Positions 35,013-46,579 are shown, numbered from the stretch's first letter. The stretch: 64,000 nt of DNA from an uncultured bacterium (GCA_963722385.1 CAVRKK010000002.1:864001-928000), one strand, 5' to 3'. The notes: a model not told the origin generated them from the sequence alone. Translations and numbers: made by a program.

Positions 35013-35915
35013 TTATATAGTGCACTTATTGAACGCTTTTCTGGCGCCATCATAAAAATAAACACCTAAGCCGCTTATAACGAGCACGAAGGCGACCACA
35101 ATATTTGACGAGATTTGTTCATTGAGTAAGAGTCGGCTATAAAAGGCGGCGAACAAAGGCGATAAAAAGCTGGCAAAAGACAAAAAAGTTGGGCTATGCT
35201 TTTTCAGCAACCATGCTTGCAAATTTGCGCATAAAAAGTTGCTGAGGAGAATATTTAAAGCGAGCAAACAGAAAAAAATGGTAAAATTACCTTTAATCCA
35301 GATAGGCTCGGCAACGATAGCAGCATTAAAGGCTAGGAAGCCGCCGAGAAACATGCTTAAGCCATTGGCGATAACGGGCGAGCACTTACGATGCTTGACG
35401 AGCTTTTGCATAACGAGCAAAGCGTAGCTCAATGAAGCTACCGCAATGAGCATGATAACCTCAGCAATCGAAAATTGAGGCATGATCGTCAATGCTGCGG
35501 AGATGCCTTGCGGCATAAAGAGCGGTATTAGCCCGGCAAATCCAATAAGGAGCCCGGTCATTTGAATAAGAGTTAGCCGCTCTCTTAACAGTAAATAGCC
35601 AAAAATTGCTGAAAAGAAGGGGGCAAGATTAAATATCAATGCGGCTTTTACCGTCGTTAAGTATTGTAATGCCCATGCGCGTGCAACATGCGGGATCATG
35701 ACACCAAATACCGTAAATTGCAAAATAAGAAACCAGTCCTGCGGCTCAATCCAACGTCGAAGTTCCTTCTTGCTATAGGCATAGCCAGAGAGGCAAATTC
35801 CCGCAACGAGCATTCGCGTCCCAACTAAAAAAATTGGCGAAGCATATGACAGCAAGAGCTTGGCCAGGGTAATAGTAAATCCAAGTACAGCGTACAGTAA
35901 AACAACAAGTATCAT
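35013..35915 (-). CDS. DMT/EamA family transporter
   Basis: About 10 TM helices in two repeats; ALQYLTTVKAALIFNLAPFF..LLRERL. Confidence 0.9.
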   Translation of the reverse strand: MILVVLLYAVLGFTITLAKLLLSYASPIFLVGTRMLVAGICLSGYAYSKKELRRWIEPQDWFLILQFTVFGVMIPHVARAWALQYLTTVKAALIFNLAPFFSAIFGYLLLRERLTLIQMTGLLIGFAGLIPLFMPQGISAALTIMPQFSIAEVIMLIAVASLSYALLVMQKLVKHRKCSPVIANGLSMFLGGFLAFNAAIVAEPIWIKGNFTIFFCLLALNILLSNFLCANLQAWLLKKHSPTFLSFASFLSPLFAAFYSRLLLNEQISSNIVVAFVLVISGLGVYFYDGARKAFNKCTI

Positions 35916-36030
35916 AATGTTAAAATAATAAATCCAGTAGGCAGATAATATCTATTAGTGTACTATATTTTTCAGTTTTATCAAAATTGGATTTCAGTTA
36001 AGAAATAAAAGATTGATTTACAGAAACAAC

Positions 36031-36171
36031 TTAACGGCAGCTCGTACAGGGGCTTTCGCTTGATTTTTCTGAACTATGATGAGTTGGATGCGATTTTTTA
36101 CTGCAGCCACAATCAGCACACCCGGATAAGCCTGTTAACGCTATCATTATCAAATAAAGTATTTTTTGCAT
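36031..36171 (-). CDS. Small Cys/His-rich lipoprotein (46 aa, not in ORF track)
   Basis: MQKILYLIMIALTGLSGCADCGCSKKSHPTHHSSEKSSESPCTSCR*; LSG-C lipobox; AAGGGA RBS. Confidence 0.7.
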   Translation of the reverse strand: MQKILYLIMIALTGLSGCADCGCSKKSHPTHHSSEKSSESPCTSCR

Positions 36172-36310
36172 TAAAGTTCCCTTTTGGCAAGCACATGACC
36201 AAGATTTTTTTCCCTATCTTAATGTAGAAAAACCCTGCATGGCTTGCAAGCTTTTTATGGGATCTGAACCCCAAAAAGAGCAACTCGCCCTACGTGTACA
36301 TGCTGATCAA

Positions 36311-38764
36311 TTAATGGTGCGCGTTATTTTTTTTCACCGATTTGCGTTGTACGCTGCCATTCTTAGCCTTCGCGGACTTGGCCGGCTTTGAGTTTTTTTC
36401 AGGGAGCGGTTCCTTGGGAAAGGGATCCTTGCTTAATGCGTAGCGAAGTACCTCGTCCATGGTGCTTACGTATTTACAGTCAATGCCGGGACCAATCTCT
36501 TTTTTAATTTCTTCGACGTCATCTTTATTTTCAGATGGCAAGAGAACGGTTGCAATGCCATGCTGCCTTGCGGCAAGGATCTTTTCTTTAAGCCCCCCTA
36601 CGCCAAGTACACGTCCTCGCAACGTTATTTCACCGGTCATAGCTACCGAAGGCAAGGTCGGATTTTTGGTGAGCGCCGAAACCAAGGCAACGCACATGGT
36701 GATACCCGCTGAAGGTCCATCTTTGGGTATCGCGCCTTCAGGAATATGAATGTGAATATCTGTTGATGCATAGAAATTATCTTTCAGCCCAAGCTCGCCT
36801 GCGCGTGACCGTATATAGCTCAAGGCGGCATGTGCCGATTCTTGCATGACCTCCCCAAGCTGACCGGTCAGTGTTAGCCCGCCTTTACCCGGCAAAATGG
36901 TCACTTCTATTTCAAGAATATCGCCACCAAACTCGGTCCAAGCAAGCCCCGTTGCAAGTCCTATACGCATTTCATGAGCTGCCGGAAGCGAAGCCTTTTT
37001 AAATTTGGGGGTACCCAGCCAGTCTTTGACGAGGTCGTCATCGATGGTTAATGTTTTAATGCTTGGATCTTTTAACAGGCTTTGAATTGCTTTGCGCATA
37101 AGCTTGGCAATCACTCGATCAAGTTGGCGGACGCCTGCCTCTTTTGTGTATGAGGTAATGATTTTTTGGAGAACTTCCGGTGATAGCTTAAATTGAGTTT
37201 TTTTCAAGCTATATTCTTTGAGGTTTTTGGGAATGAGAAATTGTTGGGCTATATCCATCTTTTCCGCTTCGGTATACCCTGACAAGACGATAACCTCCAT
37301 GCGGTCATACAGCGGATAAGGGATACCATCAACGTGGTTTGCCGTCGCAATAAACATAACTTTCGATAAATCATATTCTACTTCCAAGAAATGATCGACA
37401 AAGTGCTTGTTTTGCTCAGGGTCGAGCACCTCTAAAAGTGCGGCAGCTGGATCGCCATGAATATCGCTTGACATTTTGTCAATCTCATCGAGCAAAATAA
37501 CCGGATTGACCGTTTCAGCCTTGCGCATGACCTGAATAATTTTTCCAGGAAGCGCACCGATATAGGTCCGCCGGTGTCCCCTGATTTCTGCTTCATCACG
37601 AATACCACCTAAAGAAATACGCACAAAGTCGCGGCCTAAGCTTTCAGCAATAGAACGCCCAAGCGATGTTTTGCCAACACCAGGCGGCCCAACCAGGCAC
37701 AAGATCGGTGCGCGCTCCAGCTTTGACGAAAACTTCTTGGCCGCTAAAAATTCTATAATACGTTCCTTGATTTTTTTAAGGCCAGCATGATTTTTATCAA
37801 GGATACGCTCCGCGTCCTCGAGACTAATAGTATCCATGCTTGATTTATGCCATGGCAATGCGAGAATCCAGTCAATATAGTGCCTGCTAATGACAGCTTC
37901 AGAGGAAAGCGGCGGCATTTGCTCAAGCCGGCGAAGCTCCCGCTCAACTTTTTCTAAAGCTTCAGGAGAAAGCGCCATCCCTTTTATTTTTTGTTTAAGC
38001 TGGTTAATCTCATGTGTCTGGTCATCACGCCCGAGCTCTTTTTGAATCGCTTTCATTTGTTCGTTCAGGTAATATTCTCGCTGACCTTTTTCTACCTGGC
38101 TTTGCACATGTCCACGAATACGCTCTTCGGTCTCGAGTATTTCGATTTCTTTCTGCAAATACGCGCATAATTTGAGCAGACGATCTTTTAAATCGGCTGC
38201 CTCAAGCAGCGATTGCCGCTCATCAAATGATAGATTGACATGGACGGACAGCGTGTCAGCGATATAATCCATATCTTCGCCCGTCTTGGCTTCTCCCAAG
38301 AGGTCAGCGGGTGCCTTTGCATTGAGTTGGGTATATGTTGTATAGAGAGATTGAAGATGGCGCCATACGGCAAACAGTTCGGTAGAAGGCTGACTCCCAT
38401 GGGTCGGCACGTCACGGGCTTGCACGAGCATAAAATCAGCGCTCGGACCAGCTTGAACAACCTGGGCGCGGCTCAGCCCTTCGACGAGAATCTTTAATGC
38501 GCCCTTAGGCATGCGCATAATCTGTAAAATCGTTGCGCGAGTACCAAAACTAAAAACGTCGTCAAGAGTAGGCGTTTCGACTTCAGGGTGCTTCTGGGCA
38601 GTAATGAAGATCGACTTGTCGCCTTTAAGGGCAAATTCAACCGCGCTTATGGAAGAAGGCCTGCCTACGATGACCGGTATAATACTTCGAGGCAACAGGA
38701 CAACATTTTTCAGGGGCAAAAGCGGTAAAAATGTCGATTGGTCAAGATATTCGTTTTCGATCAT
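36311..38764 (-). CDS. lon: ATP-dependent Lon protease
   Basis: [35 protein letters not shown]. Confidence 0.97.
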   Translation of the reverse strand: MIENEYLDQSTFLPLLPLKNVVLLPRSIIPVIVGRPSSISAVEFALKGDKSIFITAQKHPEVETPTLDDVFSFGTRATILQIMRMPKGALKILVEGLSRAQVVQAGPSADFMLVQARDVPTHGSQPSTELFAVWRHLQSLYTTYTQLNAKAPADLLGEAKTGEDMDYIADTLSVHVNLSFDERQSLLEAADLKDRLLKLCAYLQKEIEILETEERIRGHVQSQVEKGQREYYLNEQMKAIQKELGRDDQTHEINQLKQKIKGMALSPEALEKVERELRRLEQMPPLSSEAVISRHYIDWILALPWHKSSMDTISLEDAERILDKNHAGLKKIKERIIEFLAAKKFSSKLERAPILCLVGPPGVGKTSLGRSIAESLGRDFVRISLGGIRDEAEIRGHRRTYIGALPGKIIQVMRKAETVNPVILLDEIDKMSSDIHGDPAAALLEVLDPEQNKHFVDHFLEVEYDLSKVMFIATANHVDGIPYPLYDRMEVIVLSGYTEAEKMDIAQQFLIPKNLKEYSLKKTQFKLSPEVLQKIITSYTKEAGVRQLDRVIAKLMRKAIQSLLKDPSIKTLTIDDDLVKDWLGTPKFKKASLPAAHEMRIGLATGLAWTEFGGDILEIEVTILPGKGGLTLTGQLGEVMQESAHAALSYIRSRAGELGLKDNFYASTDIHIHIPEGAIPKDGPSAGITMCVALVSALTKNPTLPSVAMTGEITLRGRVLGVGGLKEKILAARQHGIATVLLPSENKDDVEEIKKEIGPGIDCKYVSTMDEVLRYALSKDPFPKEPLPEKNSKPAKSAKAKNGSVQRKSVKKNNAHH

Positions 38765-39030
38765 TAATAAGTTCCTATAGGTAGGAGTAGCCTCACGATT
38801 TGTTTTCTATTAAATTTTAGTGTACCATACTCAAGTTTATGAGTAAATGGTACTCCTTTCCCTCCTTTTGTAAAATAATTTTTCACAAATGCCTAATCTT
38901 GTGGTATGGTGATTATGGAGCTAACAAAAATAATACTAAATTAATGAGGTATACTTTTTAACTGAGCGGGCTCGAGGTGAGGGTATTTGGTGGGGCTAGT
39001 TGGTGGAATTAACTTCAAAAAGGAATCTGT

Positions 39031-40446
39031 ATGGCGATAATCCCCTTTTTACAAACGGTCCTACAAACGATTTGTAGGCCTATATTTGGCAGCTTTGAGC
39101 GAGAAGAGTTTAAAAAATTTCTGAGGATGGGACTTATTTTCGCGTTCATCCTTGGCTCTTATTGGACCTTGCGAGTACTAAAAGATTCTGTTTTGATAAA
39201 CCTTGTAGATAAGGCAGCGCAGCCATGGGCCAAGGGTTTGTCGCTTTTGTGCTTAGTTCCTATTCTTATGATTTATACGCGCTTATTTGATAAATATTCG
39301 CGTGAAAAAATGTTTTATCTGCTTGCTTCAGTATACACGGTAATAACCCTGCTTTTTGGCGTCCTGCTTCTTTTGCCCGGCGTTGGCCAAGCTGCTTCTG
39401 AAGTTATCGCTGCTCGGACCGGCCTTGCCTATTATGGTACTAAAATTATTGGTTATGCATGGTATGTTTTTGTAGAAAGCTATGGCTCGCTTGTCGTTGC
39501 ACTGTTTTGGGGATTGGCAACGGATATCACGATGCCCGACTCTGCCAAGCGCGGTTTCCCCTTAGTCGTAGCGATTGGGCAAATTGGTGGTATTTTGGGG
39601 CCGCTCCTTATTACCGGATTACCGCATCGACTTGGTTTGTCAACAAGTTCCCTTTCTATTTTTATAGCTGGCGGGGTTGTTTTTTCTATTATAGCGCTTC
39701 TTAAATATTTCTTCCGGGCAACGCCAAAAGATCTCTTGGTATCGTTTCATGGAAAAAACGAAGCTGTGGCCGAAGCGGAACAAGAGCCTGGCTTCCTGGA
39801 AGGACTGAAGCTTTTACTACAACATAAATATTTGCTCGGCATTTTTGCCGTTATTTCTTTTTACGAGATTATAGTTACGATCTTCGACTTCCATTTTAAA
39901 TATTTGGCCGGATCAGTCTATAGCGGTATAGCGCTGGATCGTTACTTTGGCTGGTATGGTTCGTCGGTTAACCTGGTTGCGCTTATATGCCTTTTACTGG
40001 GTGTCAGCAATATCACCCGGCTTCTCGGCGTTGGCGTAGCGCTCGCTTTAATGCCTATTATTGTAGGCGGCGCGCTTACAGGTTTTATTTCGGTGAATAG
40101 CTTGAATTTTCTCTTTTGGTTAATGGTCGGTTCTAAAGCTATTAACTATGCGTTAAATGGACCGGCTATGAAGCAATTATATATTCCGACAACCCCCGAC
40201 GTGCGCTTCAAGTCGCAGGCTTGGATAGAAACATTTGGCTCTCGTGGCTCAAAGGGGCTGGGATCTGTGTTTAATCTGACCCTCAAGCCGCTTACCAGGA
40301 CCCTTGGTGACATTGCAGGTCGTGCCCGGCACATTTGGTTAAGCGCATGGTTGGGCTTCACGCTGGTAGGTTTATGGTTTGTGATTGCGCTCTACCTAGG
40401 AAGAACCTATAAGCGTGCCATTGATCAGAAAAAGGTGGTTTGCTAG
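39031..40446 (+). CDS. Npt1/Npt2 (TLC/AAA family) nucleotide transporter
   Basis: About 12 TM; YWTLRVLKDS, LFWG..D, KAINYALN..KQLYIP, SRGSKGLGS. Confidence 0.85.
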   Translation: MAIIPFLQTVLQTICRPIFGSFEREEFKKFLRMGLIFAFILGSYWTLRVLKDSVLINLVDKAAQPWAKGLSLLCLVPILMIYTRLFDKYSREKMFYLLASVYTVITLLFGVLLLLPGVGQAASEVIAARTGLAYYGTKIIGYAWYVFVESYGSLVVALFWGLATDITMPDSAKRGFPLVVAIGQIGGILGPLLITGLPHRLGLSTSSLSIFIAGGVVFSIIALLKYFFRATPKDLLVSFHGKNEAVAEAEQEPGFLEGLKLLLQHKYLLGIFAVISFYEIIVTIFDFHFKYLAGSVYSGIALDRYFGWYGSSVNLVALICLLLGVSNITRLLGVGVALALMPIIVGGALTGFISVNSLNFLFWLMVGSKAINYALNGPAMKQLYIPTTPDVRFKSQAWIETFGSRGSKGLGSVFNLTLKPLTRTLGDIAGRARHIWLSAWLGFTLVGLWFVIALYLGRTYKRAIDQKKVVC

Positions 40447-40486
40447 ATGCCTGTCTGGCGCATCAAATATTACGCACATATTATGC

Positions 40487-40524
40487 ACAAGCCTTCTTTT
40501 GTCTTAGGATAGAAGAGGGCTTGT
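40487..40524 (+). terminator. Intercistronic stem-loop between first and second nucleotide transporter
   Basis: ACAAGCC(T)TCTT...AAGAGGGCTTGT. Confidence 0.55.
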
Positions 40525-41925
40525 TTGCTCACGGTGGATGTCATGAGCCTAATTGAACGATTTTTTGGTATTGAGCCTGCAGAGCGCTTAAAAGTAGCGC
40601 TGTTAACCTGTGCCTTTTTTCTTATTATCGGTTCTTATACGCTGGTACATCAGCTTAAGGATACGCTTTTTGTGCACATAGTAGGCAAAGAGTATATTCC
40701 AGTGGCCAAAATCTTATCACTTGTCCTTTTGGTTCTGCCGATCTTACTCTATGCCAAGCTTGTTGACAGTATGCGCAAGCATCATTTATTGTACGTATAT
40801 ACGATATTTTATGGTTTGCTCGGTTTGTATATTGCCTATTTCTTAGCGCACCCTACGATAGGACTGGCCAATACGGTTACGAGCAAATATCGGATCTTTG
40901 GCTGGTTGATTTATATTTTTATGGAAGGTTATTCGCCTTTTGTTGCAAGCTTGTTTTGGTCTTTCGTCAATTCGGTAACCCAACCAGAATCGTCAAAAAA
41001 CAGCTATCCTATTCTTATTGCCGGTTCTAAAATTGGTGGGATTGTGGCAGCTGGGTTTGCGATTTGGCTCTTAAGGCCTGATCCAATCACGCACACCTTA
41101 TGGTTTTCCGACATTGCTAACCACCAAATTCTTATGAGCATTGCGGCATGTTCATTGCTTTTAGTACCGGGTATTATTTATATCCTGGTTACCAAAGTGC
41201 CACACCGCTATTTGCATAGCTACGAATCGATACACCGTCCTGATCATGAGCTTCCACCAGAAGAGAAGCAAAATTGGCTTGCGCGTCTTTTTTCCGGTTT
41301 AACGTTGCTCTTTCGGTATCCTTATATCTTGGGCATTTTTGGTGTCGTGTTTTTTTGGGAGGTTCTTAACACGGTCTTTGCGTATGAGCGCTTAGGTGTG
41401 GGCAAAACTATTGCGGTCACTATTTCTGATTATACGCGATTTTTATTTGATGGTATTATTTTTGTTCATCTCATTGGCCTGGTGATCGTACTCTTTGGTA
41501 CGCGTATGGTGATCAATTGGCTTGGCGAGCGGCGCAGCCTTGTGCTCGTCCCGGTTTTGACAGGCATTTTATCGTTATATTATCTGACACAGCGGTCGGC
41601 CACGGCGATTTTGGTTGTTTTTGTATGTCTCAGAGCACTTAACTACGCGTTTGCACAAGCATTACGTGAGCGCTTGTATATTCCGACAACGCGTGACATG
41701 CGCTTTAAGTCTCGATCATGGATTGACGCTTTCGGGTCAAAGTTTGCGAAATCTTCAGGCTCGCTCTACAACCTTTTTATACAAACGGTTGCCCCGACGG
41801 CAGTTGGCAGCGCCAATGCAGCCTTTTTTGCCGTTATTATTGGTGCATGGATTGCAACGGCTTATTTGCTTGGCCGGCGCTTTGAGCGTGCCGTACAGCG
41901 AAATGAAGTAATCGGTTTGCAATAA
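40525..41925 (+). CDS. Npt/TLC family nucleotide transporter paralog 2
   Basis: SYTLVHQLKD, RALNYAF..RERLYIPTTRDMRFKSRSWID; true start may be ATG 40543. Confidence 0.85.
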   Translation: MLTVDVMSLIERFFGIEPAERLKVALLTCAFFLIIGSYTLVHQLKDTLFVHIVGKEYIPVAKILSLVLLVLPILLYAKLVDSMRKHHLLYVYTIFYGLLGLYIAYFLAHPTIGLANTVTSKYRIFGWLIYIFMEGYSPFVASLFWSFVNSVTQPESSKNSYPILIAGSKIGGIVAAGFAIWLLRPDPITHTLWFSDIANHQILMSIAACSLLLVPGIIYILVTKVPHRYLHSYESIHRPDHELPPEEKQNWLARLFSGLTLLFRYPYILGIFGVVFFWEVLNTVFAYERLGVGKTIAVTISDYTRFLFDGIIFVHLIGLVIVLFGTRMVINWLGERRSLVLVPVLTGILSLYYLTQRSATAILVVFVCLRALNYAFAQALRERLYIPTTRDMRFKSRSWIDAFGSKFAKSSGSLYNLFIQTVAPTAVGSANAAFFAVIIGAWIATAYLLGRRFERAVQRNEVIGLQ

Positions 41926-41930
41926 CAGTC

Positions 41931-43283
41931 ATGCTAAAAAAAATCGTCAAGCCGCTCAGTCAGGTTCCTTTTTTCGAAAAGGTCAAGATTGCCCTTCTGA
42001 CAGCCTCGTTTTTTTGTATCATAGCCTGTTACACGGTGTTGCGTGAGCTGCGCGATGTTATTTTTATCGATACGGTTGGGTGTTCGCATCTGCAGCACGT
42101 GCAAATTGCTTCGCTCTTTGCCTTAGTGCCGGCTCTTTTTTTATACGCGCTCTGCGTTGATCGCCTTAAAAAGCACCAACTCTTATACGTATATACGTTG
42201 TTATATGGCATAGGTGGCTTATTTATTGCATTTTATTTGGGGCGTCCCGCCGGATTTGTTGAGTGGGGAACGCGATCTTACGTGTTTGGCTGGTTGCAAT
42301 ATATTTTTATCGAAGGGTATGTTCCCTTTGTCATAAGCCCCTTCCTTGCGTTTGTCAGTTCGGTTATTACGCCTACTCGAGCGGCACAAAGCTATGCCGT
42401 GATTATAGGCGGATCCAAGCTAGGTGGTATGTTGACAGCGGCCCTTGCGTGGTGGTTTTTGCGCTTCTTATCGTGGCCTGGCGATACCACGTTGCGCTTC
42501 TTGCTCATACTTGCATCGCTCTTTATTTTTCTTGTACCAGTGCTGATTTTCTGGCTTAATAAAAGTGTTCCAGAAAGCTTTATGCGTGGGTATGAAGCAC
42601 ATTCTGTTCTTGATAAGAAAAATAAGCGGGATGGGGCTCCCTGGTATCAGGATTTGTTTTCTGGGCTGAGACATATGGCCAAATATCCCTATATTTTGGG
42701 TATTTTCGGTTTGGTATTCTCATGGGAAATAATCAGCGTGGTTCTCAGTTATCATCGGCTTGGCATGTGCGTCATGGTGCATAAAACTGTTGCCGGATTG
42801 AGTAGTGAGCTCTTTTTACAGATATTTTGGACGCATGTTCTGAGCTTTTTTATTACCTGTATTGGTGCGACATCGCTGTGTGCTGGAGCGGGCCAACGAT
42901 TAACCATGATGGCAGTTCCCATTCTTACCGGGTTCCTTGCGGTAGGATTTTTTACCAGTAAAGTATCGACTGTTATAATTGGCTGTTATATTCTCATGAG
43001 AGCACTTAATTATTCGTTAGCTCTTTCGGTGCGTGAAGTACTTTATATCCCAACAACGACGGAAATGCGCTTTAAATCAAAATCATGGATCGATGTCTTT
43101 GGCGCTAAATTTGCTCGAGGCTCCGGCTCGCTTTATGGCATTTTCGCCCAATCTTCGGGAGCCTGCACGGGTAGCTCGTACTTGTGCTTTTGTTTGACAA
43201 TTATTGGTTGCTGGATGATGACCGCGCATTTTTTGGGCAAGCGATTTGAAGCAGCTATTAAGCACCAGGAGGTTATTGGTTAA
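41931..43283 (+). CDS. Npt/TLC family nucleotide transporter paralog 3
   Basis: YTVLRELRD, RALNYSL..REVLYIPTTTEMRFKSKSWID. Confidence 0.85.
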   Translation: MLKKIVKPLSQVPFFEKVKIALLTASFFCIIACYTVLRELRDVIFIDTVGCSHLQHVQIASLFALVPALFLYALCVDRLKKHQLLYVYTLLYGIGGLFIAFYLGRPAGFVEWGTRSYVFGWLQYIFIEGYVPFVISPFLAFVSSVITPTRAAQSYAVIIGGSKLGGMLTAALAWWFLRFLSWPGDTTLRFLLILASLFIFLVPVLIFWLNKSVPESFMRGYEAHSVLDKKNKRDGAPWYQDLFSGLRHMAKYPYILGIFGLVFSWEIISVVLSYHRLGMCVMVHKTVAGLSSELFLQIFWTHVLSFFITCIGATSLCAGAGQRLTMMAVPILTGFLAVGFFTSKVSTVIIGCYILMRALNYSLALSVREVLYIPTTTEMRFKSKSWIDVFGAKFARGSGSLYGIFAQSSGACTGSSYLCFCLTIIGCWMMTAHFLGKRFEAAIKHQEVIG

Positions 43284-43398
43284 TGCAAAATTCTATGTTG
43301 CTTATTAATGTGAGATACGTCGCGCCCCTCGCCTATAGTTATGAGAATATGTGGCAAGAATTCTGCAGTAGCTTTGGGAAGAGGCGCTTAACAAACTT

Positions 43399-43950
43399 CT
43401 ATTGACTCGATGTTTCGCTTAACGCAAGAGCTTGTGTTATCACCATGGACTGATTATGCCATTGCCGAGCTAATTCATGCAAGGCATTTACTACTTTTTC
43501 ATTGCTTGTTTGCTTTGCGAGCGCTTTGAATTGTTTTGCTGCCAATGCTGCTTCCTCGGCTTTAATAGCAAACCAGTCTTTTAAGAATTTGCCATGACCT
43601 AGAGAAGTCGTTTGTTTTGCCATAGGCAAACTATAGAGCATTCCGCTGAGTTTAAGGGCATTGCGAGCGATCTCGTTTAAAGCTGGCGAGGTGTCTTTTT
43701 GGTCTTGTTCAATTTCTGCTGCCATGAGGCGCAACATTGCCGCCCTAATGTGCAACCACCACTCGCTCAGTTTGGTCGGGTCAGTGACCATCTTATTCTG
43801 AAACTCTCTTAATACATAAGCTAATTGTTCGGACTCTTCTAGAGTTTTCATGCGGTTAAGCGCATCTGCATGGACATTATTTGCAAGCGCTACGCTCGCT
43901 TGAAGAGCTAAGATGCTTGCTGCAATGTTGAGAAATAATTTTTTTCCCAT
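43399..43950 (-). CDS. Exported all-helical hypothetical protein
   Basis: Signal peptide ending ALA; AAGGAG RBS. Confidence 0.7.
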   Translation of the reverse strand: MGKKLFLNIAASILALQASVALANNVHADALNRMKTLEESEQLAYVLREFQNKMVTDPTKLSEWWLHIRAAMLRLMAAEIEQDQKDTSPALNEIARNALKLSGMLYSLPMAKQTTSLGHGKFLKDWFAIKAEEAALAAKQFKALAKQTSNEKVVNALHELARQWHNQSMVITQALALSETSSQ

Positions 43951-44639
43951 ACCAATCTCCTTGTTTTATAGTTAATTTCTGAATGGAATCACAAAAAATA
44001 AATACAAATAGATTATTTCATAATTTAATTATATAAAAGCCATATTACAGAAGTCAACAATCCTTGAGGAATCCCCTACGGCTATCGCAACTGAACTGGC
44101 ATGAAAACTATCTTTTTTATCAAAGGTGCGCTCCGTCGAATTAGAAAGCATCATGGGAACGCTATTTTCAATATGGCTCCTTAATAATTAAAAACATTCT
44201 TTATTATTTAATAGTAGAATTTTATAATGGGAAAAATCAAATGTTTGCGTAGAAAGCCCATTGTCTCTGAGTTTTTATTAAAGTACTGCGAGGCCAAATT
44301 ATGGCAACTAGAGTAGAAAATATTGACTTTGTCAATAATAAAATTTTAAAATAAATAAAACAAGCAGACAAGACAGTTAAATCTATAGGAGAGCGATGAA
44401 AATCAAAAACCAATCAATAGTACTTATTCTTTGCTTATTTTAACTTGGGGGACGAAAAGCCAAGATGCTGGGGAATATAGTAAATGGAAGCAGCTTAAGC
44501 AGGAGACATGGGAACAAGAAACCGAAAAGTTGTCGATTCCTGAGCAAGCATAGTAAGTTTTTTTAATAAGCCAACTGTACTTTAAGGCGTATTTATATTA
44601 ATATAATTATAATAGTAAAAATATGGACAAGGATAAATT

Positions 44640-46505
44640 ATGAAAATAATGAAGCGCTCTTTATTTGCTTTGCTCATTCTGTTGCTTGGAGGGCTAGCTC
44701 CTTATTTATCAGCGATGGAGCATGATAACGAAGAAGAGGAAGAAGAGGTAGTTCCTGAAGAAAAACATCAGGCTGGTCGAGGAAAGAAGCGTCCTGCTTC
44801 AATTGAGCAAGGGAGTGTGAAAGAGGAGCCAATAAAGAAACAGCAAAAGCGGATTGAAGCACAAGAAGCATTAATTCAAGCGCATCGAAAAATTAAAAAA
44901 GACGCTGAGCGCGCATTATTAGTAGCAATTGCTCGCTATAATCTTGCAGCAGTTAAAATAAATCTCGCTTTTGGCGCGAATGTAAATGCCGCTATACTTG
45001 ATCCTGAAAGCGGAATTACTGATCCTGCAACCGGAGTCGTTGACCCTTTCAAATACTCAGCGCTTTATATACTTTTGCTACCTAGAGATAATGTGACGCA
45101 GCAACAGTTTCCTATTAATGGGTTACTATCTCTTGCTCCGAATCAGCCTTTACCCGCTTCTTATATGCCAAATGTCTTTAAGGTGACCGATATCCTTAAG
45201 CTTCTTCTATCTCGAGGAGCAGATGTTAATCAATTATCAGGGAGAGTGAGAGTAACCCCCCTTGTTCAAACAATTCACGCTTTCCCTGATTTGGTACCTC
45301 TTTTGATTGAAAATGGTGCTGATGTTCTGCAACGAGAGCTTAAAGGGAGGCATTTGCCAATATATTATGCAGCCCGTACGGGAGAAACATTAACAGCCCG
45401 TACGGGAGAAACATTAGTAGACACTTTGCTAACATGGGGCGCTCGTATTAATGATCCAACAAATGCTAATCAAGGCCCTCTTGCGGTTTCGCTTAAGAAG
45501 AACACGATGTCGCTGACTTTATGGCTTGTGCAACATGGCGCTATTGTTGATCAAAACGGTGAGCTACAAACGATGCTTCTTAACCAATTTTCTTCGCCGA
45601 TTATTAAAGCGCTCTTAGCAGGTGATCACGAAGAAGTCCTCCGTATGTTGAGTGACCTTGATACAGCAGATCAGGAAGAATTAGCCTTTATGATGCCCAT
45701 AACTTTCAGCATCGCGAGTGGTCGGGGTTATAAACCTGTTGCTGAATATATTTTGCAGCATTTTAAGAGTGTGCTTAATCAAAAAGATCGTGCACAAGCT
45801 TTTTATGCTGCCGTAATTAATAATCATATTGATCTTGCCACGTCGATTTATCAGTCGCTCAATTCTGAAAGCACCGAGACTGTGCGCAAAGCTTTTATCA
45901 CCGCTGCGGCGCACGGCTATAATGAGATTCTTTCATTTATGCTTGCTCAACCCTATAACATGATTGACGATAGTACTTTAAGAGAGGCTTTTGTGCGTTG
46001 TGCCTATGCCGATAATCTTGAGGGTGCTCGAATGCTTTTTGATAGGCTGCCCCGAAGTCAGGAAGGTTATTACCAAATTGATCAGCCATGGAAAGAGGCT
46101 CTGGATCGGGCTCTTTGGCTAGCGGCATTACGTGGCCATGTCAAAATGGTAGCATTTTTACTTGAAAGAAATTTTAACCTCAACTTAAATCTTAATTTAC
46201 GTGCAGTCTATCATCGCGTCCGTCTTCTTTTAACAAATGAGTATATGGATAGCGACCGAAGAGAGATATATGAAAAGATTCGAGACCTTCTGAGAAGCAA
46301 TGGGCGTGCGCTTGTTATCCGTGAGCTTGTGCTTGCGCCACATGGCCAACTGCCAGAACCAGCAAGCCCTGAAAGAGAGCCCAGCCTGCCGGAGCTATCA
46401 GAACGGATGGGAGCGCTTGGAACACCCAGGTTTGTCCCCTCGATGGTAGGTATAATACCTGAAACTCGATATGAAATCGCACGCGCTATGACGTGGCTTC
46501 CCTAA
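44640..46505 (+). CDS. Exported ankyrin-repeat protein with NLS-like segment
   Basis: Signal peptide + AMEH; poly-Glu; KKRP..KKQQKR; degenerate ankyrins (LLSRGADVN, LIENGADV). Confidence 0.85.
   Translation: MKIMKRSLFALLILLLGGLAPYLSAMEHDNEEEEEEVVPEEKHQAGRGKKRPASIEQGSVKEEPIKKQQKRIEAQEALIQAHRKIKKDAERALLVAIARYNLAAVKINLAFGANVNAAILDPESGITDPATGVVDPFKYSALYILLLPRDNVTQQQFPINGLLSLAPNQPLPASYMPNVFKVTDILKLLLSRGADVNQLSGRVRVTPLVQTIHAFPDLVPLLIENGADVLQRELKGRHLPIYYAARTGETLTARTGETLVDTLLTWGARINDPTNANQGPLAVSLKKNTMSLTLWLVQHGAIVDQNGELQTMLLNQFSSPIIKALLAGDHEEVLRMLSDLDTADQEELAFMMPITFSIASGRGYKPVAEYILQHFKSVLNQKDRAQAFYAAVINNHIDLATSIYQSLNSESTETVRKAFITAAAHGYNEILSFMLAQPYNMIDDSTLREAFVRCAYADNLEGARMLFDRLPRSQEGYYQIDQPWKEALDRALWLAALRGHVKMVAFLLERNFNLNLNLNLRAVYHRVRLLLTNEYMDSDRREIYEKIRDLLRSNGRALVIRELVLAPHGQLPEPASPEREPSLPELSERMGALGTPRFVPSMVGIIPETRYEIARAMTWLP
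45370..45416 (+). repeat. In-frame tandem duplication, period 24 bp
   Basis: CAGCCCGTACGGGAGAAACATTA twice (ARTGETL-T-ARTGETL). Confidence 0.9.
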
Positions 46506-46579
46506 GGCGAATAGCAGAAGCTAATTTATTAAAGCGCCTCCTCAAGGCTCTTAATCTTGCTAAAAAGCGCGGCTGAATG

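Noticed and set aside
44396..44553. RBS-ATG with signal-peptide-like start
   Set aside because: Stops after 15 codons; remnant too small to call
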